Shown: piece after piece, positions 1 through 11,379 of the stretch
Numbering within the stretch: position 1 is the stretch's first letter
Layout of the letters: every line of letters begins with the position of its first letter
Origin: Antedon mediterranea
Taxonomy: Eukaryota; Animalia; Echinodermata
DNA: 64,000 nucleotides
Assembly: GCF_964355755.1 (NCBI RefSeq)
Contig: NC_092680.1
Span: forward strand, 10,044,001-10,108,000
Direction: 5' to 3'
Translations under genes and position numbers: made by a program
The notes under the pieces: model-generated
What the model saw: only the letters and a program-made list of their open reading frames with translations
Told to the model about the DNA's origin: nothing
The model's database searches: none

Positions 1-3000
1 GTTTTTAACCCCTCTACACACAGTAGACAATTCGACGATATAGACCCAGATAATTTTTTTAATGACATAAATATCTCAAATTATTACCTGCCAAATGATT
101 TTAACACTCAGTTTATTGACAAAACCCAATTTAACTTTTCTTGTGTCCATTTTAATGCCAGAAGCCTGCAAACAAATTTGATTCTATCTATGATTGCATT
201 CAATCTTTAAACTTTAATTTCAATATTATTTCAATTACAGAAACATGGATGGATCACCCAAGCCCACTTATTCAGATACCCAACTATACATTTCTTTGCA
301 ATCCTCGTTCATATAAATGTGGAGGAACTGGAATTTTTTTAAATGATAATACACGCTATTCAACCAGAGATGATTTAACTTCTACTCAATACTTCTGTGA
401 AAATCACAATTTATTGAAGTGCATACAGACAAAGAATCTATTCTAATAGGTACTATATAATAGACCTCACGAAATTAATATGCCTTTTTTTACAGAACAA
501 CTTGAACTTCTTTTAAAACAAATATCTAGAGAGAAAAAAAAGGTATTTCTTTTAGGTGATTTTAATGTCGATATTTTAAAATTTGATTCAAATAATAATG
601 TAAATGATTTTGTCCATTGTCTATTTAACAATTCTTTTTATCCTCTTATCCACAGACCCACAAGAATAACTCCCAGTTCTGCCACTCTTCTTGATAACAT
701 TTTCTCAAACAGTCTAGACTCTTCAATGAGCGGCATTGTCATTAGTGACGCAACTGATCACCTTCCCGTTTTCACTGTGAACATTACTAATTCAAGTAAG
801 TCTACAGACAAAGTGAAGCGTAAATTTAGAAAATTTAATGAAAACAATATTCATCACTTTCGAAATGATCTGTCAATAACATCGTGGATTGATGTCTTAG
901 ATAAATTAGACCCTGACGAAGCGTATGATACCTTTTTCGTAAAGTACAAAGCCCTATATGATAGGAACTTCCCTTTGTTAGATCCACCTAAAACTAAAAA
1001 GAAATTAAAACCTTGGATGACCAACGGGCTTTTAACCTCCATCTCATACAAACAAAAACTTTATCTCAAGAGCATTCGGCACCCTTCCAACGCTAATATA
1101 TTGAAATACAAAAAGTATCGTAATAAGTTAAATAATCTTCTAAAAAGTGTTAAAGTGGATTATTATAAAAACTTTTTTAATGAAAACAAATCCAATATTA
1201 AAGCTACTTGGCGTACTATAAACTCTATACTTAAACCATCAAAAAACACAATTCCTAACATTGAGATAATGAGTAATGGAAATCTAACAAAAGACCCGAA
1301 AATGGTGTCCAACTTATTAAATAACCATTTTACCAATATAGGGCCTGAATTAGCAAAAGAAATCGACACTAGTTCTATCAAAAGTTTCCGTCACTATCTT
1401 AGTCCTCCTACTCCAAATTCCATTTTTTTATCTCCAGTTTCGGAACATGAGGTTTTTAAAATTGTCAACTCTTTCAAAAACAACAAGGCTGCTGGAATTG
1501 ATGATATATGTGGCAATGTTGTTAAAAAATCAATAGACCTTATTCTTTCTCCACTTACTCATATTTGCAACTTATCTTTATCCACAGGATCCTTCCCTAA
1601 AAGCATGAAAACAGCAAAGGTCACTCCTATATACAAAAAAGGTAACAAATCCGATCCCAACAATTATCGACCAATTTCTGTTCTTACTTTCTTTTCAAAG
1701 ATTCTTGAAAAACTTATCTATGACCGTACGTATGATTTCATTAACCAAAACAACATTCTCTACAATAAACAATACGGTTTCAGACAAAATTATTCCACTT
1801 CTTTTGCTTTAATTGATCTTACCAACAACATTGTGGATGCTATTCATAATAAGTTGTTTTCGTCTGGCCTATTCATAGATCTTTCTAAGGCATTCGATAC
1901 CATTGATCACACTATTTTACTTTCAAAACTCTTTAACTATGGTATCCGTGGCATTACTCTTGACCTTTTTAAAGATTATCTGTCCAATCGACTTCAATGC
2001 ACCTATATCAACAATGTTTCTTCCTATATTAAACCTATTGATTGTGGTGTTCCTCAAGGGTCTCTATTAAGCCCTCTTCTTTTTTTTTATTGTATATCAA
2101 TGATTTACCAAATGCATCTGACATCCTTTCTTTTTACCTTTATGCTGATGACACAACCATTTTTTATTCAAACACTAATTTTGATTTCATTTTCAATACT
2201 TTTAATATAGGGAATTGAAGAACGTGAACGATTATTTCAATGCAAACAAACTTTCAATAAATATTAACAAATGCCATTTTATGCTTTTTGGTTTTCGACA
2301 CCAAGATTTGATTAACGACACTCATAATGTTTACCTTGCTGCCCACAAAATTCCTCTTGTTAAGCATACTAAATTTCTTGGAGTAGAAATAGACGAAGAA
2401 CTAAACTTCAAACATCACATTAAAGAAATCGAAACTAAAATTTCGAAAAATATTGGAATTTTATATCGTCTTTCATTTTATTTGCCCAAAGAAGTCCTTC
2501 GCATGATTTATTGTTCACTTGTTTTACCTTTTATTTCTTACTGTAATATTGTCTGGGCAAACAATTATGTTTCAAACCTCAACAAAATTTTTATTCTCCA
2601 AAAAAAAACCTATTCGCCTCATCTCTGGTGCGTCACGCCTAGATCACACTAGTGAGCTTTTCTCTGACCTTAAATTATTAACTGTCCAAAACATCAATAT
2701 CCTCCAACAATGCACCTTCGTCTATGAACATGTCAACTGTCTACTTCCAACCAAACTTTCTTGCAACTTTATAAAAAATAATAGCATTCATACCCATAAA
2801 ACTAGATCCTCCTGTAATCTCACCCTCCCCTTACCAAATTAACATTAATGCAACATAATCCGTTATAGTGGCACCAAATTATTTAATGATCTCCCCGACG
2901 AAATTAAATTGGCACCTTCAAAAAATACATTTTCTTTTAAACTTAAACAAATTCTACTCCATAAATAACTAATAATAATAAAACAACATGTTTATTCTGG

Positions 3001-3263
3001 GTTTTCTGTGCTTCCATAGTATTTTATTATTATTAATTTGTCGTTGTCTTGCTTTACATGTTTGTTTGTCTTGTTTTGTTTCTGTTTGTTTAAACTCCAA
3101 TATGATTACAATTTCTTAACTGGCTACCCATCACAAGTTTTTTTGGAGGGAAACCTCCAAATGTTATTACTTTCTGGGTGTTGCCTCTTAATTATTTATA
3201 TTTAAATTGTTATTTTGTTTACTTTGAAATGATAAGAAATAAATGTTATTATGAATGAATGAA
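1..3263 (+). mobile_element. Decayed non-LTR retrotransposon (CR1/L2 group, Crack-like), ORF2 with APE endonuclease + RT; 5' end outside the window
   Basis: ORFs 249-446, 480-2210, 2215-2652 and 2519-2842 are frameshifted pieces of one ORF2. Motifs: LLGDFNVD, PTRITPSSATLLDNIF, TDHLPVF, NYRPISVL, FIDLSKAFDTIDH, GVPQGS, and YADD (tatgctgatgac ~2141, shifted frame). A 3' UTR ends in aataaa plus a (tgaa)n tail at ~3238-3263. Confidence 0.92.
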
Positions 3264-3272
3264 TATTATATT

Positions 3273-3436
3273 GTTCCCTCGAAATATTATTTCGTTCCCT
3301 CGAAATAATATTTCGAGCCTCGAAATATTATTTCGTTCCCTCGAAATATTATTTCGCTCCCTCGAAATATTATTTCGTTCCCTCGAAATATTATTTCGTT
3401 CCTCGAAATATTATTTCGTTCCCTCGAAATAATATT
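3273..3436. repeat. 21-bp minisatellite, about 8 copies
   Basis: Unit ccctcgaaatattatttcgtt repeated in tandem; each unit contains the interrupted palindrome cgaaata-t-tatttcg. Confidence 0.95.
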
Positions 3437-3899
3437 AGCCCTTGATCTGACACGTCATAGTACTAATCTTACACCAATCCACCTGATTTGATTGAATCTA
3501 CCGCGTCTCCGCAATTGTGCTGTATATTAATTTTTATGCATTTCATAACATAAAGGAAGACGAATGGTTTTAGACAAGAAAACAATTTTAGAAAATGCAT
3601 TGCTAGTATAAAGATTATAGGCTGTAGCATAATAATATTCAATATTAATCAAACATTTTTATAGCGTCACAATTGAAGCGTCAATGATCAACTGTGCATT
3701 GTATATTACTTGATAGTCGAGTCTTTATATTATTTAAATTATTTTATTTTTCTACAGCATGATTACAAGGATGTCTAGAAGCTAGAAATTGGAAAAACAT
3801 CCTTAATGAGGAGATTATGTACTGAGACTGTTACTGTCATAGATATTGTATAGACCTGTGAATTCCTGCTGTATCCTAATCAGATTCCCTGGTTTAATA

Positions 3900-4840
3900 G
3901 TTTACTGTTTACCATATATTTGATGTTAAGATTATGCCAATCTTACTTTATGGTAGCGAAATATGGGGTTTAAATGATATATCAGTATTAGAGAAAGTTC
4001 ATCTAAGATTCTGTAAATACATTCTAGGAATAGGTAATTCTGCACCAAGTGTTGCAGTGAGAGGAGAATGTGGAAGATTCACTATCCAAATTCAAATTAT
4101 CATTAATATAATTCGTTATTGGCTTAGAGTAATCCAAATGGATAATGACAAATTTATTAAACAATGTTATGATTTTCAATATAGAAAAGCTCAAAGAAAT
4201 GAGCAATGTTGGGCCAATGACGTAAAACAAATACTATGCATAAATGGATTTGGTAACATATGGTACTCACAACAGGTTAATAATATATATACTTTTATTT
4301 CAAATTTTAAACAAAGGCTTACAGACATTGAACGACAGAAATTCTACGAAGATACTAGGCTACACTCTAAGCTCCAATATTACAAGCACGTTAAATATAA
4401 GTTTGGAATTGAAGAATATCTAACAAAAGTAACAAATTACAAACATAGACAAATTATGACTAAGATACGACTAGGAATTTTAGAATTAGAAATTGAAAAA
4501 GGAAGATGGAATTGTATAAATAGAAATGAAAGATTATGCAAATTATGTGCTTTACAATCAATTGAAGATGAATATCATTTCACTTTAGTTTGTCCATTTT
4601 ATTCAGATATTAGAGCTAAATATATGTTTTCCTTTTATACAAACAACCCAACTAAATTAAAATATATTTATCTTATGTCTGCCACAAATACTGATCTTAT
4701 TGTTAAACTTGGAAAATATTTATTTTTTTTCATTTAAACGTAGAACAGAATTTTTAAACGCACTCAACTGATATTCATTTAATATTGTATTACATTGTAT
4801 ATTATTTGGGCCAAAGGCCATATATAATAAATGTTTCTTG
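3900..4840 (+). mobile_element. 5'-truncated LINE 3' fragment (RTEX-like C-terminus)
   Basis: ORF 3934-4737: PILLYGSEIWG...HLRFCKYILG...RGECGR (post-RT region) and a C-terminal CxxC..H..C motif (RLCKLC...EDEYHFTLVCP). Short 3' UTR with a ggccaaaggcc hairpin and aataaa. Confidence 0.85.
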
Positions 4841-5749
4841 GATCTCCAAGAAAGAATGAGAATGAATGAGTTGATAAACTAATTTATAAACGCAATCTAA
4901 CCTTTAATACAAGAGACATTGAATTAATTAAGAAATCAATGTATGGCCTTACGGAAAGGTATTGTGAAGGCTAAAAAAGATTACCCTCTACACTAAAAGA
5001 ATGAGTAAGAGTATTTTGGAAAACTTTAAATGACATGACACAGTCGGTCACACAAATACAGTCGGTACACAAAATGATGCCGACCTGCCTATTGAACACC
5101 TTTTTATGCCCTTTTCGAATCTCAATGTTATGATCCCAATGTCAATCCCTGTCAACAATACCCCGTTTGTGATTTTTAAACATGAGAGACTTGGTTAGAA
5201 TCAAAATATAAAAAAGATACGGGGCCTGATGATATTATTATATAGGAGTGTAGTCATCAATTTGCATCATAATATTTAGGTATCCATGAATAATTACATT
5301 GTGTAGGATTGTAGATAATAATAATAATAATAATATATATCATTTTGTTTGACAAATCCAGTAAAGAATTTACTCACATTCTTTAGCTTTCGCCATCTTG
5401 GCTGATGACTTGATCACAAGTGATCTGGACTTGGAAATCTGTTGTTGTCATTTCTAAAGAATGTGAGTAAATTTTGTTACTGGATTTGTCAAACAAAATG
5501 ATATTATTATATTTACGTGTCCTTTTAAAATACTCATAAAAATGTCGGACTCTATTTCCCACAGTGCCAACACTCAAGAAAGCTACCATTGACACACTGA
5601 ATGACATTTGGTCAACCACACTTACGTCGGTTGCAATGAAATGCATTGAACGTTTAGTATTAAATTACTTTGTTGCTGCCAGTCGAATTTGAGAAACATC
5701 AATTTAGGCTATGTATCGTCCAAAAAATGTCTACTAGAAATGCGGTCTC

Positions 5750-6090
5750 TTGCAATTTTCATCGACGCAGTTTTCATCGATGCAGTTTTCATCGACGCAA
5801 TTTTCATCGATGCAATTGTCATCGACGCAATTTTCATTACATCGATGCAATTTTCATCGACGCAATTTTCATTACATCAACGCAATTTTCATTGCACCGA
5901 CGCAATTTTCATTGCATCGACGCAATTTCCATTGCATCGATGCAATTTTCATCGACGCAATTTTCATTGCATCGACGCAATTTTCATCGACGCAATTTTC
6001 ATTACATCAATGCAATTTTCATCGAATCAATTTTCATCATCGATATATGCAATTTTCATCGAATTAATTTTCATCATCGATTTCATCATC
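5750..6090. repeat. Compound minisatellite of 15- and 20-bp units
   Basis: gcaattttcatcgac and gcaattttcattgcatcgac units mixed in tandem. Confidence 0.95.
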
Positions 6091-6096
6091 GCCAAA

Positions 6097-6250
6097 GGAG
6101 TGGAGTTGAGGCTTGGTGGTTATGATGCTTGGCTACCAATCCAAGGGTCCTGGGTTCAAGTTCTGTCATATGCCAGGATTTTGCAACTCCACTTCCAAAG
6201 ACTTAATTGTTTATGTTTGTCTTGTGAACAGGATTGCCACCTTTGAGAAG
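6097..6250 (+). mobile_element. tRNA-derived SINE (family A), diverged copy
   Basis: A-box-like ggcttggtgg, B-box-like gggttcaagttc, then caactccact; similar to 61473-61640 and 52667-52765. Confidence 0.6.
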
Positions 6251-6492
6251 GATAGTAAATGAATTCACCTGTTCTTGGCAATTTGCCTAAAATGAGAATT
6301 AAAAAAAGAAGAAGAAAAAGAAACTTGCGGAAACATTTTCAAAGAGCAAAACAATAAACATAACGTTTATCATTTGTATTCACATGTTAATATATAAAAC
6401 TTGAAAGTATGCACTTTCATAATATGTCAGTGTTTAAAATTTGTGAAGGTTTCATCATAGTAAAAATTATGATTTAGTTTGGTTTGTAATAA

Positions 6493-6762
6493 TCTATTTG
6501 TATCGAGGGGTTCACGACATATCGAATGAACGAGGCATCTTTCTTTGGATTTTCTTCGGCAGGTGCTCATATGCCTATGGTATCAGAGGTACCGGGATCG
6601 AATCCCGTCACGGGAAATCAATTACATAAAATGATTTATTTACTTATTACACTGAAAGGGCAGTTTCAATTTTGAATGAGTAGGCCTACTTGAATACGCA
6701 AGATAAGTTTTGTTACGGGCGGATAACCAAACTCGTCCTCAAGTGACGAGTTCCATGTCTAG
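6493..6762 (+). mobile_element. Putative ~270-bp mini-Helitron
   Basis: 3' hairpin aactcgtc/gacgagtt (6729-6752) then CTAG (6759-6762) followed by T; candidate 5' end a^TCTAT at 6493. Confidence 0.5.
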
Positions 6763-7055
6763 TAAATATTGTTTTTCTTTTATTTTGAAAGAGAGATATT
6801 TTGAGGGTTGTAAATGTCAAGTAGACCTTTTTTAAAATAAAAAAAAGTTGCATGGCATTATTTTCCATTAAATAGACTGCCATAAAACCTTAAAAGAAGT
6901 CCATGTGCTCCTTCATTGTTAGTACTCTTGGGTGGGCTTCTTTTCCACATGGAGTTCTTTTCGAGATTACTTACTAAATTACAAACTAAACGAGGGGAAA
7001 TGCTAGCTTCCCGCCCGGAAAATATTTTATTTACATGATTTGAAAAATCTTCTAA

Positions 7056-8266
7056 TCTATATAAATTTACGTAAGGGCAAAATTCGGTAAATCGCGCGTT
7101 ATTTCTAGAATGTTTACTCGATCGTATATAAAGTTGGTTATAATCTCGGTACTGATTTTAACCACCTGATGTAACCCTGTTTACTAATTAAATTTAGTTA
7201 GATAATTAGTTATTGACAATTAAAACGAATTTAGGTTCAACCATTTGCCCCAAATAGGGGTGTTTTCCGATCGTGGTATACACTGTCTAATGGATGTCCT
7301 CATGAAAAATACCTGTACACAATAATACGAGGATACTTCGCATTTTCCTATCTCCTCCTATGATAATTGTTTTTAATAGCTGAAAACCGGTTGAACAGCT
7401 CGAGTAGAGTATCATAATGTTGAAGACAGGCCGATTTTCTTTAAAAAATACTATTTTGATAGATTTAATATACGTTTATACAAATGTATTGATTTGCGAT
7501 GAATGGAACATTCCAAATTATTTGGTTTAACCATGCTTGCATACCTCCATGATTTAACACAAGTAGGTCAATTTATGGGCCCTTTGAGAATAAACATAAA
7601 TAGTATTGTAAAGCTATACAATACTGTAAATAGGTATTAACCACTTTTGATAGCCATTTGAATCGCAAATTTCTTATTGTGTGCGTTGGTAGGCCTACTG
7701 TTTATTATAATATAAACAAATATACTAATAAACTTTATTACTGTGAGTGTGGGTAGCCCCTACTTTTAGATTATAACACATAATAATATAATACTTTATT
7801 ACTGACAGTTGCTTCTCAACGTTTGTATTAATTAATAATTACAAAAAAATATAAACGTCGTGGTGGTGTATCGTTACATGTACTTTACTATTTCAATCGA
7901 CTATGACAGTGACAATTTTAACAGTTATTAAATCGGAAATGTTTTACTCTATTTAGTGTTATGTTATTTATAGGCCTATTAAAAAAAAAACCCAACCCTC
8001 AATAATGTTAGATACAAAATACAAATCGGGTTTGTTTAAATGAGTCCAAATGAAACATTTGGACTCATTTTGTGAGAAGTTTCTCTTTTGGAAGTAATTC
8101 GCACGGTGCTAATTTTGGTTGACTACATAAATACATAAATAAATGTTTTATAGTCATGCGGTACGTAGGCCTACATTTTGAAATCGCCAGTTTTTTTACG
8201 CTGAAATTACTATGTATTCGAGAACCATATGTGGGCACGACCTAGATGGTACGCGAGCGAAGCGAG
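7056..8266 (+). mobile_element. Non-autonomous Helitron, copy 1 (3' hairpin arm missing)
   Basis: Starts a^TCTATATAAATTTACGTAAGGGC; ends ctagatggtacgcgagcgaagcgag; homologous to 24978-28306 (reverse). Confidence 0.85.
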
Positions 8267-9745
8267 TCTATATATAAATTTACGTAAGGGCAAAATTCGG
8301 TAAATCGCGCCTTACTTCTAGAATTTTTACTCGATGGTATAGGCCTATAAAGTTGGTTCGTACTTTCGGTACTGATTTTAACCACCTGATGTAACCCTGT
8401 TTACTAATTAAATTGAGTTAGATAATTAGTTATTGACGATTAAAACGAATTTAGGTTCAACGATTTGCCCCAAATAGGGGTGTTTTCCGATCGTGGTATA
8501 CACTGTCTAATGGATGTCCAACTTGAAAAATACCCGCACACAATAATACGAGGACTCTTCGCATTTTCCTATCTCCTCCTACGATAATTGTTTTTAATAG
8601 CCGAAAACCGGTTGAACTGCTCGAGTACAGCATCATAATGTTGAAGACAGGCCGATTTTCTTTAAAAAATACTATTTTGATAGATTTAATTTACGTTTTT
8701 ACAAATGTATTGATTTGCGATGAATGGAACATTCCATCTCTCAGTCTGCCAGTTTGGTTTAACACAAGTAGGTAAATTTATGAGCCCTTGGAGAATAAAC
8801 TTGCAATACTTTGACAATACAGTACTGCAAATACCTATTAACCATTTTTGGTCGTCATTTGAATCGAACATTTCTTACTGTGAATAGATGTAAACAAGAA
8901 ATATTTCTTACAAAAAACGCTGCTCGCTTATTGAAAAATATTTTTTATTTCAAATGTTTTTGAATGTGTCATTTTATTGTCACATAAGTTATTTTACCTG
9001 AAAAAAATGTAATTTAAAGCAACAAATACTTAAATTGTCTGTCAGACAATGGTTTTTGGGTTTCTTTTCTTTTTTTATATGTGAATAAATATTATTTTTT
9101 TGTTACAGAAGTGAATACTCAATTTCTGTCACTTTAGTTAATTTTATTGCTAAGGTCAAATCTGGGGGTCACTTCATCACCCTAGATATTTCAATTGTGA
9201 AGTATCCTATTACAAACACAAACTTTAATGGACTGTTTCGATAATAATTCAATGAATATCTGACAGTGAATATACCAGAAATGCTTAGGGATTTGTAATT
9301 TTAGCATGACATGTCCTAATAGACTCTTTCCCAGCCGTTTTTTGGGTCTACTGTAGCAGCTGGAATCAATAAATCATAGTGGAGTTTCCATTTTCACAAA
9401 ACTGTCTGTCCTTAGAACTATAACTGCTGCTTGCTTTAGCTTCTGATTGAGTAGTCCTAATGGGACGTAGCGGGCTAGAGCAGCAGCGTGAAAAAATATA
9501 TACAAACATTTCTTACTGTGAATACTGTTAGATGTAAAAAAATATATACAAATAAACTTTATTACTGTGATTATGGGTAGGCTCTACTGTTAGATATATA
9601 AACACGTAATATACAAATAAACTTTATTACTGACAGTTGCTTCTCAATGTTTGCATTAATTAATAATTACAAAAAATATAAACGTCGTAGTGGTGTATCG
9701 TTACTTGTACTTTACTATTTCAATCGACTATGACAGTGACAATCT
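8267..9745 (+). mobile_element. Non-autonomous Helitron, copy 2 (head-to-tail with copy 1; 3'-truncated; internal filler ~8900-9500)
   Basis: Starts TCTATATATAAATTTACG and follows copy 1 to gactatgacagtgacaat, apart from the filler. Confidence 0.85.
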
Positions 9746-10396
9746 AATCTAAAGATTGAAGTTAAAGTACCGTATTATTTAAAGATATATTGTCTCCCTG
9801 AAATTTGTTTTTAATACTAAAAAAAAAAAAATTTAGTTGAAAACATTTAAAGCAGAAATAGTCAAATTGGTTGCCAGGTTTTGGTTGAATTTAACCGTTT
9901 TTTTTGTCTTTTTATAAGTGAAAACATTTTTGGAGTTTTTCTTTCTACGGAAAGTTTGATTTTAGTAATTTTCATTGTTCATGTTTTTATGGGAAAATAC
10001 ATCTTTAAAGTATAATTTCATATTATTTAATAAGCGCTATATATATTATTTTCTAAAATATGGTCAACATAATGTGTATGCATTTATACGTCATATATAA
10101 TTTTGTTATAAAATATATTGATTTAATCTATTTCACTTTTTTTTATTACCGAAAGAAAAATTATAAATCATATTTTGTAATGATTCTTTTATATAGTACC
10201 ATATTGAAATCAGTATTGTTTGTAGTACTAAATGTTTATACATGTAGTATGATAATACTATATCCATCCTGAATAAGTAAAATAGAGGCGACTTAAAAAA
10301 AACTACACAAAAAATAGTTATATATACTATAATGTTTAGATACCATCATCTTTGATCATCTTTGAATAAAAATAGTTTAAACAATCACACTTCTTA

Positions 10397-10586
10397 GGGA
10401 TCATGTCGGAATTATTCTACTGCAGTAACTACATTTTGTTTACTGCAGTAATACATGCTTTCAGTTTGTTTCAATGTTGGTTTATGTTTAGGTTAAAAGT
10501 TAATGTGTATGATTAACCAAACAAATTATTGGATAAAAGTGTAGTTACTGCAGTATTTGCAGTATAATAATCTTGACATGGTTCTT
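10397..10586. mobile_element. ~190-bp MITE (PIF/Harbinger/Tourist-like), copy 1
   Basis: Ends gggatcatgtc / gacatggttct; homologous to 51851-52034. Confidence 0.65.
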
Positions 10587-10965
10587 TTACTCTGCACTAC
10601 ATTTTTTCTATACAATGATAAATTACAGAAGAAATTAATAAACAATAAAAATCAAGGTAATTATTATTTAAATCTATAACTGTATGATATACAATAATTT
10701 GATATCATTTATCTAATTAATTAGCATTTTGCACATTTTTTACAATAACGTAACATGGTTTTCCTGTAAGTTTATATCATAGCGTTTTTATACAGCATGT
10801 TTTAAACCACTGTGAACCTAATTTTCGCTTGTACTTGACAGAATAAAGAATATTTACAACAAATACAATCAATGCATTACGGATGGAGTAACCGATATTG
10901 AACATACCAAGTTTGAAATATTTTTGAATTCCAGAAGTATTTTTTTGACTATTTCCCTATGATCC

Positions 10966-11277
10966 CATTGGTGCCAAATTGGGTACACTTGAGTACATTG
11001 TATTCAAATACGAAAAGATATTACAATTCAGTGACTTATTTCTATTTTATATCACTGTGCTCCACTGACGCCAAATTGGGTCCACTTGAGCACAGTGTAT
11101 TAAAATACGAAAAGATTAACATTCAGTGACTTATTTCTATTTTATATCAATGTGCTTCACTGGTACCAAATTGGGTCCACTTGAGCACAATGTATTAACA
11201 TACGATAGATATTAATTTAGTGACTTATTTCTATTTTATATCAGTGTGCTCCACTGGTGCTAAATTTGGTCCACTGA
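10966..11277. repeat. ~96-bp tandem repeat, 3 copies plus a partial
   Basis: ccactggtgccaaattgggtccacttgagcac...cagtgacttatttctattttatatc recurs at ~10966, 11062, 11157 and 11251. Confidence 0.92.
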
Positions 11278-11379
11278 ACCAGTTACCGTAGTACTATTTC
11301 TATTTCGGAAGTAAATAAAGGCATAAATGGCGCTCCGTAGAAGTAGAGAATGCTCGATTGTCGAAATGACCTCTATACT

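Noticed and set aside
3273-3436. CRISPR-like array of palindromic repeats
   Set aside because: Units are contiguous with no unique spacers, there are no cas genes, and the context is eukaryotic.
5670-6246. Three overlapping repetitive ORFs as genes
   Set aside because: They are by-products of a stop-free minisatellite.
6560-6620. tRNA gene
   Set aside because: Only a T-arm and 3' acceptor-like strand; no D-arm or 5' acceptor strand could be paired.
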